Source: Ramazzottius varieornatus
Taxonomy: Eukaryota; Animalia; Tardigrada
DNA: 64,000 nucleotides
NCBI GenBank assembly: GCA_001949185.1
Contig: BDGG01000004.1
Location: 3,355,267-3,419,266, forward strand
Reading direction: 5' to 3'
In this document: positions 14,213-25,219 of the stretch, piece by piece
Layout of the letters: each line of letters starts with the position of its first letter
Position numbering within the stretch: the stretch's first letter is position 1
Notes under the pieces: model-generated
Told to the model about the DNA's origin: nothing
Databases searched by the model: none
Seen by the model: only the letters and a program-made list of their open reading frames with translations
Translations under genes and position numbers: made by a program

Positions 14213-15151
14213 ATGAACTGGATTCCGAAAGAAAAAGCACACTCGAAGAAGCCGTCAGAGAAGGATAAGATAAAAGTAAGACCACGCGTGGATTTTCGTG
14301 TAGTTTTCAAGCGCTGCTTTTCGTCCTGTCTTGATTCTTGAATCATCCTGTATTTTGAGCCTTGACCAAGAAAGAAAGCCAGTGCTTCGGTTAGTTCGAT
14401 GAGGCCTTCTGAACCAGATTTTCAGCGTCTCGAACAAATTTAGGAATACTTTCGGAAACATCGACGGACTCTCGGAATCGCGGCCACAGAGGTAGCAGTT
14501 CAAAATTCGGATGGAAGGGAACCTGACAAGCGATCACGCAGCGTAAGCCGAAGTCGTACTTCCGATTCATCAAGTCCACTCAAATCGCCCTCACCCAAGC
14601 CTCCGCCATTTACCGCTCAAGTTCATTCTTCCAGAAGATCCAAGCGCGGAACACCAGTACAGGGGGAGCAGTTGCCGTTGGCTGACATGGATCTGAGAGG
14701 CCTTGCCGAAGTGATCAAAGATCCTTCCAACATCAGCACGGACCTCGTCCATCTGGAGCTGATGAAACGCATGTTCGGCTACCGTCCTCGCACAGAACCG
14801 GAATCTCCAACCGCAGAGCAAGGCTTGGATACAACAGTGTATTACACGAATGACGAAAGTCCTTTTGATTTAATGAGTAGGTCGGCACAGGTCATCGAAG
14901 AAGCTCCTCGAAAAATTGCGATAATTCGTCCAGAAAACCAGCTCAACTGGACGGACCCAGGATTTTCCAACATCGAAGACCAGAACTTAGATACCTCAAA
15001 CCTTCCGACGGATTACGAGCGGGAAAGTAACTTTGCGGAACGAAGCGCTGAGGAGCAGTCCAAGGTTGGCTCTTCGTACTGGGACTTGACCGACTTAACG
15101 AGAGCGACAAACCCGAGGCAACATCTTCCCAGGTCTTTCTTCCCATTTTAG
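14213..15151 (+). CDS. Putative REDIC1/C12orf40 (DUF4552)-like protein; 2 exons (14213-14275, 14444-15151)
   Basis: Phase-0 GT-AG splice gives MNWIPKEKAHSKKPSEKDKIK|EYFRKHRRTLG. This matches from memory the MNW-x17-K-EYFxKH N-terminus of C12orf40/REDIC1, with a later ISTDLVHLELM segment resembling its SLDILNLYM motif. The remainder is low-complexity. Confidence 0.55.
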
Positions 15152-16712
15152 TCCTCCTATTACTGTGTCTGCCAGCTTTCCTTCTTTCTTTTGCTAACTC
15201 TCTACATTGGCTGGTGTCACCTGTTGGTATACGAGAGGCAATCCCAGTTGCGATCGTTTGGCGACTGGGATTGCCCCCCTTACTTTCCTGTTCGTTTGGC
15301 GCGCACCGTCACCATGAAGTCTTTCCAGTAGAAAATCTAGAACGTATTTTAGTAGTGTGTATATGTAATAAAAGTGAAGGAACGATGGAGAAGATTCAGT
15401 TGGCAAAATACAGGACAATTTTTAGTGCGGAGTGCTTGTAGTGCGCCACTCAAAAGGGGCGCTAAATGCCTGGATTTGTACCGCAAGGTCGGTCGATATG
15501 CTCGTTATTTTTTGCTGGACGGGGCATGAATTATTTCCCGATATATTATAGGTGTATGTAAATGGAGTAGCAGAATCCGGCAAGGTAGCATCCCGTGGAA
15601 GTGGGCTCTCCGCACCTACATATTATTGATTAGCCTTTACGTGCGGCGCATGCATAAAAGTGATCTTGAAGTTATGCCGTAGAGAGCAAGCTAGGGTAGA
15701 ATACTGTATTGCACAAGGCCGTTACGGGAGAGCGACAAGACGCGCGGCGACTAAAAGGATGGCGTCCGCCGCTCGATGGATGGTTGACTGTTTATGCACC
15801 GTGAAGGTATTCAGCCGAAGCAAAGAACTTAGCCGCAACATATGCCGTCGTTCGGCGATTGACTATTCACCATTCGGAACTGGTCGATGATGCCGGCTAT
15901 TCTCTTCCGCAGTAAAGTGTTTGCTGAGTTAGAAGCGCGTCCCTAATATCGATCCCTCTAATGCAACATGCAACCTTCGATGAAACTGTAAGAAGCAACA
16001 GTGCGTTCCTGCCCTGGCTTCATGTGAAGTGGATGTGATCTCGCGATCCCGTACGTGCTGAAATTATTTTGCCGTCTCGTTTTGATTACTCGCCGTCTTG
16101 TGCCATATCCTGTCCGACATCCCGCTGATTGTGCTGTAGTCCTGTTGGCTTGAGTTTCCGCGTCCGGAAAAAAATTATTCTGGCAGTGAACTTCCATATG
16201 CACCAACTTTCTTCGAGGACCGCGGCTTTCGGAGACCAATTATTTCAGCAAGAGTGCTGCTTAATATCTCCTTTCGGGTCGGTTTCATGTCACAAGCAGC
16301 CTGTTCATTTGACATTTTCACCCCGCTGAAATTTGGACTGCCCTGTGAAATGTTTTAACGTCTTACGTGCACCAAGAATTCTAGGAATATTTCGGATAGC
16401 CCTGGGCTTCTTGCGACATTGTGCGATTACACAGGTCACAGGTGATGATCTCGTAACACTCTGGTTTTGTTTAATGACGCCCTCAATTTCAATTTAAGAT
16501 GTTATTACTACAGACTTCGAGAAATTTTTGATTATTAAAATGTGCAAGACTCTCGCATGGCCGCAAACAGCAGTTGTTTTTTAAGGTTTCGCTACGGATT
16601 ACGGAGTGACAAAGTCGTTAAATCTGACCGTTTTTTATTCTTCATAGGCGACAGTTGTGCACATAAGTGATCCGGAAGCAACAGTAGAGCAAAGGACGCA
16701 TCAAAGAATTTG

Positions 16713-19024
16713 ATGGCGATTCCTGGTGCCAATACGGGTGGTGTAGCGTATGTCGAAAGAGACCTGAACATTGACTCCGTCATCGAACAGCTAATTTCCG
16801 TCAGGGACAATCCCGGCAAGCAGGTATCAGAAAGCGTCCCGTACAGCACTAACGATCTGTCTGAAGAACGAGCAATATTAATTTTGCACCAGGGACCGTA
16901 TGACATTATAGCGGTACTAGGGCGTGGCACTCAAAACTTAACCCGTTAGTCTCTTTTCTCCCTCGAGCGAGCATTGTTCTGCGTTTCGGAATACGACTAT
17001 AGTAAGAAAAATTTAGAGTACTGTAATAGGAAATGTAGGGGTTTAAATACGGGACATGTCACCTCCCGTTGACGACCTAATTGTGCCAGCAGTCGCGGTT
17101 CCCTGGCTGGGCTCCGGCTTCTGTACAAATAAGACGTTCTTTCGTGATCGATACTTTGCCTGATTTGATTTGGTTATCTGCTGAAATCTCTTGTTGCAGG
17201 TGCAGTTACCCGAGAATACAATTCGGATACTTTGTCAGTTGTCACGGGCCATCTTTTTGGAGCAGCCGATGCTCGTAGAACTGGCTTCACCCGTAGTAAT
17301 AGCCGGCGATATTCATGGTACGTACTGGAGTGTTGACCTTCTCTTTCCCAACGAAGTAATGTGTCTCGCTTGCATTGACTTATTTCCAGGTCAATTTGAG
17401 GACCTTTTACGGCATTTCGACCGGGTACGTAATGGTTCGCCGAATGCCCGAACTGCTAATATGCTGTACAATAAGTTTTCTCGTCGTCCAGGTGGGATAT
17501 CCAGGCCAAAAAAATTACTTGTTCATGGGAGACTACGTAGATCGGTAAGTGCATTTTACTTGTCCGATTACGATGCTACGTTTTCCATATTAGTGAACGT
17601 TTCTATCTTCGGCAGGGGCAAACGCTCGTTAGAGACCATTTGCCTTGTGCTGGCCTACAAGATAAAGTTCCCAGAGAACTTTTTCCTCCTTCGCGGTAAC
17701 CACGAATGCGCGAGCATCAACCGTATTTATGGATTTTACGACGAATGTAAGTCTTGCTTGTCGGCACAAAACCTATTTTCTCGGATAATTGCACTGAGTC
17801 TACAAAACGCTAATGGGTTTAGGCAAGCGGCGTTACAATATCAAGCTGTGGAAGACGTTTACCGACTGTAAGGTTCATTACACACAAGCTGTTTCCTGGG
17901 CCGTGATGGACGCAATTTTTTCATCAACTGTCAAATGGCTGTAACTTAGAGTGACTGCTGTTTTTCCTAGGTTTTAACTGCCTGCCGATAGCAGCTCTTG
18001 TAGAAGGAAGCATATTGTAAGTCTTATAACGATGCCCAAGTCACAAAATCCATCAGCGAAGCTTTCCTCGGCGGACTGCAAGATAGTTCGGATCTTTTTA
18101 TCTTTCTTTCTAGATGCATGCATGGCGGTTTAAGCCCGGATTTAGAAGATTTAGACCAGGTATGGTAATTCATCGAAGAGCAATATTTTAAGAGTATGAG
18201 TTTCATCACAGTACGGGTTGCTGGTCTTTGCCGGTCTTTCAGTCTTTCCGTTTTTAGATACGGCGGATAGCGAGGCCTTTGGACGTACCTGACAGTATGT
18301 GGTTGAATCATTCATAACTATGGTGGTGTAATCCAAATGCGCGGCTGGTGAATGGCTGAAAGGTCAAACGCTGCTCATCATCAATAGGTGGATTAGTATG
18401 TGATCTTCTTTGGAGTGATCCTGTAAGTCTCTGGACTGAACTTCCTGTTCGAATTACTCTGGAAATTGCGTACGGCCTACGGCTTGATCTTTTCTTGATT
18501 ATGCAGGATGAAGATATCACAGGCTGGGGTGAAAATGATCGTGGAGTTTCTTACACGTTCGGCGGTGATATTGTGCGGCAGTATTTGAAGAAGCTTGATT
18601 GCAGCTGTATCGTTAGAGCACACCAAGGTTAGTGAAATATCCGTCCGCAGACTAATAATGCAGTTTTGAAATGTATCTGACATTTTTTTATGGTGAGTAG
18701 TTCACTTGTATTGATTTGTAGTGGTGGAGGATGGATACCAGTTTTTCCAGAAAAGAAAGGTACAGTTCGCCGCATTGTTCGCTTTTCTCAGTTGTGTCAG
18801 AGTCCATTCACACTGGTTATGTCAGTTTCTTTGAATCCGACAGTATCGTAATGGATGTATCATCTTAAATGTAGCTCGTCACCCTGTTCTCCGCACCCAA
18901 CTATTGTGGAGAGTTCGACAACGCTGGAGCTGTGATGATCGTGGATGAGAGCCTTACATGTTCGTTTTCGATTCTCCCTCCGGACAAAGCTAAAATTCTT
19001 GGCGACAACAAGGACAAGAAATGA
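16713..19024 (+). CDS. Serine/threonine protein phosphatase PP1 catalytic subunit, divergent paralogue; 13 exons
   Basis: [95 protein letters not shown]. All 12 introns are GT-AG and phase-consistent. Confidence 0.95.
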
Positions 19025-19633
19025 ACGCTTCGCCGCACCAAACATTCCGCAAAAGCTTTGAGATCTGAAGTGTGTCCATTAAAGTTGTTTTTGATAATAA
19101 TAATAGTTCAATTATTACTGCCGTAAAGTGTGTTTGTTGTAAATAGTAAGCCATGATTCGTTAGCCGAGCTTTGGATTTGCTGTTTTGGCTTATTAATTT
19201 GACTGTGTGGAGTAAGCAATAAGTCTAATTAGACAATTGGCGTAAAATGGTTCTGACAGGGTTATTGTCGGAACGCGGAGAACCTTGAAGAATGAAGGAA
19301 CAGGGGCGTAAAGAATCTTAAGCGCATAATTCCCTTCAGCGGAAATGAAACGTCATCTTGCGTCACAGAGTTCATTGTACGGGTGGTTACTACTAATTAC
19401 AAAAATAAATAGGTGAAAGGTGCCTAAGACCTAAGTATAGTACTGTAGACTGTACAGTATGTCAATGTCACGATGCAGCCGCTATGCATTGATTGTTGAT
19501 TCACTCGGTCCACGAGTCCCTGTAACTCCCTGTTCCAACCCAAAGCGGAAACTTCACTGCTTCTTGAGTTTTGTCGTCCAGATTCACGAGTTGAGTATCT
19601 CCGAAGGACACCTTTACCTATCCTTTTTGTATC

Positions 19634-20100
19634 ATGGCTGTATTTGCACCTCCTGGCAAACCGATCATTCGGCTACTACGCGCAGGCTGCACGAACCGCC
19701 CCTTTTACCATGTCGTCGTTCAGCCGCACAACAAGGACGTCTATGATGAAACGATGACGCTGGAACAAGTGGGGACTTACGACCCGATGCCCAACGCGAA
19801 CAATGAGAAGCTGGTAGCTTTCAACTTCGACAGGTAAGATTTTAAGGTAGTTCTTCCGTTGCGGAGTTGACACTGTTGATACGCGCTGATTGCAGGATAA
19901 GGTATTGGCTCGGTTCCGGTGCAAGCACGAGTAAAGCTGTGGACCAGCTATTCGGTATATGTGGCTTCTTCCCTGTACACCCTATGTCCTACATAACGGC
20001 GCAGAGGAACCGGAAGAGCATCGCGGCGAGAGCAGAAGCTGCGGCCAAAGAAGCGGAGAATAAGGCTGCATCAGAATCTGCGGAAGAAAAGCAAAGCTAA
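19634..20100 (+). CDS. MRPS16: Mitochondrial ribosomal protein S16; 2 exons
   Basis: IRLLRAGCTNRPFYHVVV..EQVGTYDPMPNANNEKLVAFNFDR|IRYWLGSGASTSKAVDQLFGICGFFPVHPMSY. Confidence 0.95.
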
Positions 20101-20588
20101 CTGTCCGCAACGCTGGCGTGACTTCTTGCCCTTCCAGACGGGTAGATCGGTGGAATGAGCGCGGAGCTTGCTCGGCCCTCGCACATCGTAACGGGCTCTT
20201 ATCTTTTGGAAAGTGAAATTTGCTGTGTTCGTGTCAATTTCAAAGATATTAGTTTTTCTTTCATGGATCGGCTTTTGACTTTTGTACATAGAAGCAATCG
20301 TACATCTGGCTGACGAAAAAAGAAATAAAACAGCTGCTGAGAATCTCGAGCTCCTGACAATACTGATGAATTCGTTTCGTCAAGAGCTTTTCAGCGTGAA
20401 AGTTGCTCAAAACCCATCGTGACTCCTTGACACTGAGTTCCTGGATAACTAAGAAGAGCAAACATGAGAAGTCCCGTAGTATACAATATTTTCGAAGATC
20501 AAGCCAAGAATCATCAAGGGCTTTCTGCCATGCGTCAGTTCCGCGATCGATGCGTTTCGAAGCCCGCAAGTAAGATCTCTTTGACAGC

Positions 20589-22211
20589 TTATGGCTTCGT
20601 CGGTTGAGGAGCTGGTACAGGCTCGCTGATCAGTTCTCTCTCCAGGTCGATATCATTTACATCCACGTCATTGACAACTTCGTAGCTATCCAGTGTGTTC
20701 TGTAGCTCTTGCTCCCAGTCTTCGGGCTTCTTGGCGCCTATAAAACAGAAATTTAGTCGCAAATGCCTCGACGGTCAGGACGAGTTATTATGCGTCCACA
20801 CGGAAAGTCTCGTGCCGTACCTTTTGTTCCACTAGTAGCCGAGGAACTTGCAGATGGAGAACACGAAGGAATGTCTACGGGATGATGTTCTTCTGGATGA
20901 GCGTCTGAATCTCCCACCACCGACCCGTCCATCAAGTCCAAATTTGACGCAATCGAGATATCATCTGTGAAGAAACTGTAGTCGTCAAAAACTCCATTAC
21001 AGAGCTCATAACCACATCAACGTACCTCGGTCAGCTTCCGTAATCGGCTTGTTCACTAAGAATAAAAATTAGATAGAACTAAAGTTCTAGAAGAACGTGA
21101 GAAACTCAGGAAACGTACGTGTAAGGTTGTCGGTGGTGAGGGCGGAAGACTGCTTGATCAAGGAAATCCGGTAAAAGTAGTTCCTCCAGAACGAGTTTTC
21201 GCTAACACTGCAAACACAATAGTGATAACATCGTAATGAGATGCTGATAGAAATTAATCCGCACGTGCTAGCACGTTCGGTGAGTACGCGTACACTTTTG
21301 GAACCAGCTCGAAGCGTAGCTTGTCAAGATTAGGGTCTTCTTTCATGAGAATGGGGATGACTGGCATTGCGCTAGCCAAATCGAACTCAAAGTTCGCCCC
21401 AGCTGGAGGTTCCCGTGTGAAGTTTCTTTTCTCCTGCAGAGAAATCTGTCAGGTTCGCGCAAACATGTTTACTTTAAGGAAAAACAACATTTCTTGGTGT
21501 TCAGGATCTTACGGTGGATAGCGCGACGACTTGGCGCTTCACTTCATCCCCATTTGCACTCTCCTCCCATGGAGCACTTCCAGGTCCCTGAAACTGCGCT
21601 TGCTTTTCTTGGATGAATTCTTGCTGCATCTTGTTAAAGTCCCCGAGAACCGTCTGAATGAAAATAACGAAGTGCATGAGTCACTGCAGAAGCCACAAAT
21701 CAATATTTAAGATACGACCCAAAGAACATCATGCGGAGACCACAGCTCCAAAATGACTCCGAAACTAGCCTTTTCCTCAATTGACTTCTGAACCGTCTTT
21801 CCGACTTCTTTCGCGTGATCTACAACAGTCTGACTAGCTGCGGTGATCCTGCTTGCCAGGTCTGATATGCCTCCTGGAGCACATAATAGCGTTAGTTGTT
21901 AGCGACCGTCACGGATATTTGCTTCAAGTATAAAACAATAATAATTATGGTTTCGACCCCACCGAACAGTCCAGCAGGTATCTGAGATTTCACTGACGAA
22001 AATATTCCTGCAAATTAAGCAAACCATTGTCACAAGAACCCGCAGGTGTTATGTACAGCTGCATTCCTACGGTGAACTACTTACCAGAAGCTGTTTCCGC
22101 TCCCTTGGACAATTCAGTAGCTTGACTAGTAGACGTGGCGTCAGCTATCGTCTCCGACTTCTTCGCAGGCTCCAGGTAAACTTCAGCAGCGTCGGGAGAA
22201 CATTTATCCAT
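20589..22211 (-). CDS. SYAP1: Synapse-associated protein 1 / Sap47, BSD domain; multi-exon
   Basis: TVLGDFNKMQQEF..APW..VVALS|EKRNFTREPPAGANFEFD..MKEDPNLDKLRFELVPK|..SENSFWRNYFYRISLIKQ and C-terminal DWEQELQNTLDSYEVV. Confidence 0.92.
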
Positions 22212-22641
22212 GGATAAGTAGCACGAACTTCGAGGTAGGATACAACGAGGATAACTTGAAACCTTCTGCACTCTGATGCGGGACGAAGGACACAAGTCAC
22301 ACAAAGGAGCAAAACGTTGAAACTGAAAAAGAAAAATTAAAATATAAATTGAAAACAGAGATCTGGTCCGATGACATGACATATGGCATGACAATCTGTC
22401 GAGCTAATATGCCGTCCTCTGACCTCCGATGTCGCACAGCTGGATTACGGGTTATCGCAATCTCCGTTCCGTTTCAATCTGTCATTTAAATAACTTTTCC
22501 CATTTCCGGTTGTTGTTGGGCGGCTCTGATCTTCTGTCGCTTCTGTTCTTGACTCGGAAGTTGACTTCCTACGTGTGTTTTGTCTTTCACGGATATCTTG
22601 TTGAACTGTTATTCCAAGGAGCTCATCGACCCGGCGGTATC

Positions 22642-23060
22642 ATGAAGTAAGATCGCGGTTAGGGTATCAACTGATCCCGTCGTCGTGGTTGGTACGAGAT
22701 ACATGCTGTTGCTTTCGCAGATTTTCTCTAGTGAGATATGCTTCGGATCACGCAGAAGAAGCTCACCTGAAGGGATGGCAAAAGTATTACAATACATACA
22801 CAATCATTGGAAGGCGGAACGTGAGTACTGGAATCCCCTCTCCCTTGTTCCTTATGTACGTGCTACCGATCTGAGCGCACATAGCGTAAGATTTCCCTTT
22901 TGTGTTGCAGATTGCTTACTCTACCTTTGCGATGTTGGGCGTCCTTGGACTCTACTTAAAGTTTAAGCCCAGCAAAAAAACAACGACTGGCCATCTGGAT
23001 AATCAGAACGTGAACGAACATGATCAGCCCCATGTGACTGGTGGCAAGAAGAGGCATTAA
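22642..23060 (+). CDS. ATP5MK: ATP synthase membrane subunit K (DAPIT/USMG5); 3 exons, first coding exon 5 nt
   Basis: Spliced MKFSLVRYASDHAEEAHLKGWQKYYNTYTIIGRRN|IAYSTFAMLGVLGLYLKFKPSKK.. matches the family pattern GxxKYFNSYTxxGRxN followed by one TM helix. Missed as a single ORF by the track. Confidence 0.85.
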
Positions 23061-23469
23061 GCTTTGCCTACAAATGTGGCTTTGCGTGAAGAATTGGATG
23101 TGTGATATTCCTTATTGTTCTACAGTACTACCACACGGGTGTCAAAAAAGAATACTGCGTCTTACGTTATATGTTTGTAGTTTCTGCATCAGAATGTTCT
23201 AAGTTCAAGTGCTACAGTCTTGGCGTGTCCAAACTCCCGAAGGTGCGAAGACCGCATTCATAAGGTTGGAATCTTCAACGGCATAAAGGCTGCTGTCAGC
23301 AGACGATCGAAACTGAACTCACTAGACCGATGGAAACTGACAGTCAAACGACGGAGACCTCTACTGAATCAATGCGTCACGAAAGAAGGATTTCTTGCGA
23401 ACTCGCATGAATCCACGCAACACAGGTAGGGACCGTAAGCTATGGAGAACCGACAAGGAAGTAATGGAA

Positions 23470-24602
23470 TCAGCTTTTGTTTCCCGTCAAAGAAAACTTG
23501 TTAGGACCAGGATAGTTTTCGACAACCAAGGTCTTCCACACGCGGACTGTCACGGTTATCTTTCCCTTGGCGATTGCGTTACCGATCTCATCAACCACAA
23601 TACGCTGTACGTCCAGAAACTCTGGGTTATTTTCGTTGTATCCGATAACGACGTCAAGCTCATCTCCGACAGCAGCCTAAATCGAGTAAGAGAACGAGAT
23701 AAACAAATTGTCGTGCCCAGAGAATATCTTTTCTGGCCTTCGCTGTAACCAGAGTTTTCCAAGAACCGATGAAACTTGCAAAGCGCCAGTGTACTTACTT
23801 CGGCGCTCTTTTTCGTCACTTTTTCGCCATTCAACCGCAGGCGACCTTCGTAAAACATCTCCTCAGCTTTTCTAGAAGATAGCAAACAACATTGATAAGA
23901 CTGAAGGAATGGCTCTCGTCTCAAACAGGATAAAAACTCATGGTGTCTCATGTGAGACATCAACTAGGCGGACATACGTTCGAGATGCATTAAGCCCTGC
24001 CTTTATCAGCGAATCCAGCCGAGGTGAAATTACATAGATCTTCATATCCTTCCATTCTTTCGGCTCCGAAGAACTGTCCTCTTCGACTACGCTCGTCTCC
24101 TCGTCTTCATCAAGGTTTTCCTAGGGACAAAGACGAGTACGAATAAGTTAAGTGCAGTCATTTTGGGTAATCATATACATATGATAATGACAGACTCCAC
24201 AGTGTCAACTGGTCAGTATAACGTCTCTGACTTCATTTTGGACATACAAATATACTCCTAGTTTACCTGAGCCTCCATAGGTCTGGCACTTTTCTTCTTG
24301 AACCTCCGCTGAGTTGTAGTCTGGATGGAAGGATGTAACAGTGCGCTCTCAGTTGACGTGGTCAGATAGCCACGCGAGAAAGCGCAGTCGCATAGCGGAC
24401 CGTCGTTTCTTGGTGCAGCAGCCCGGATGTATGGATAAGGTGAGCTCGCGGCAGTATGCGTCGAAAGTAGAAGATTACTCCTTGGAGTGGAGCAACTTTC
24501 CATATAACGCGCGCATCGTAGCGCCGCAGCAGGAAGGTTACCGCGTTGCCGAACAGATGATCCCATCGACAGGACGAAGTACCTCATCCGGTTGGCTGCC
24601 AT
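23470..24602 (-). CDS. MTRES1: Mitochondrial transcription rescue factor 1 (C6orf203), S4-like RNA-binding domain; 4 exons
   Basis: Arg-rich presequence-like N-terminus, acidic patch, then SPRLDSLIKAGLNASR|KAEEMFYEGRLRLNGEKVTKKS|..VGDELDVVIG..VTVRVWKTL. Confidence 0.88.
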
Positions 24603-24826
24603 CGTGAACTTTACCGCTGAGGCCTGCAGGTACCTCCGGATCCGGAGACCAAGTCTGGAAGAGGACTGGAATACAGGGAACTGGATAGATAAACTGGAAG
24701 TGTCAAAGCTGAGTGGCGATTAGCAAACTAGCGAACCAACTCAGCTGTCTTTCGTCATCATGTCGTTGAGTATGTCATGTCATACCGATGACATAATCCT
24801 GTTGGTTCTATTCATAAGAATTTTAG

Positions 24827-24951
24827 TACTGTAATGCTTCATGAACTTCGCGAATTGTGTCAGAGTAAGAGTGTGCTGTTTGCGTTATCATACCTGTAGA
24901 GCCCACGCGCTTTATGACGTCACTTCACGGAGTTCATGAAGCATTGCAGTA
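24827..24951. mobile_element. Small non-autonomous MITE-like element (~125 bp) with ~28 bp terminal inverted repeats
   Basis: Left TACTGTAATGCTTCATGAACTTCGCGAA (24827-24854) vs reverse complement of right arm (24924-24951) TACTGCAATGCTTCATGAACTCCGTGAA: 25/28 identical. Both ends terminate in TA. Intergenic. Confidence 0.55.
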
Positions 24952-25219
24952 GTATTTAATCGTGAAATTAAAATGATTAATTTTGGTTCTGTATGCTTTC
25001 CTCGGCGCCGCGCTCTCCAGTTTCCGTCCCGAAAATCTCGTTAACACTGTTGAAGCTCTTTCAGGTTGGACGCCAACCCTCGCTTAGGTTCCTAGAAGAC
25101 GATTGATCATCTTGGCCAGTAAGTGCGACCGGACGCTGTTCTGACGACTGAACTGGGGACATGTGATGAAAACATTCACATTTTGACGTTAATGAGGGTA
25201 GATCTAGACGATAACTGGC

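Noticed and set aside
15439-15470. Short GC hairpin TAGTGCGCC..GGCGCTA resembling a Helitron 3' end or histone stem-loop
   Set aside because: Imperfect stem, no CTRR terminus at the expected spacing, and not the histone stem-loop consensus.
20261-20569. 102-aa minus-strand ORF between MRPS16 and SYAP1
   Set aside because: Non-ATG start, no recognisable motif, and it lies in the expected SYAP1 3' UTR.
22204-22217. Perfect 14-bp palindrome TTATCCATGGATAA centred on the SYAP1 start codon
   Set aside because: A few 14-bp palindromes are expected by chance in 64 kb.
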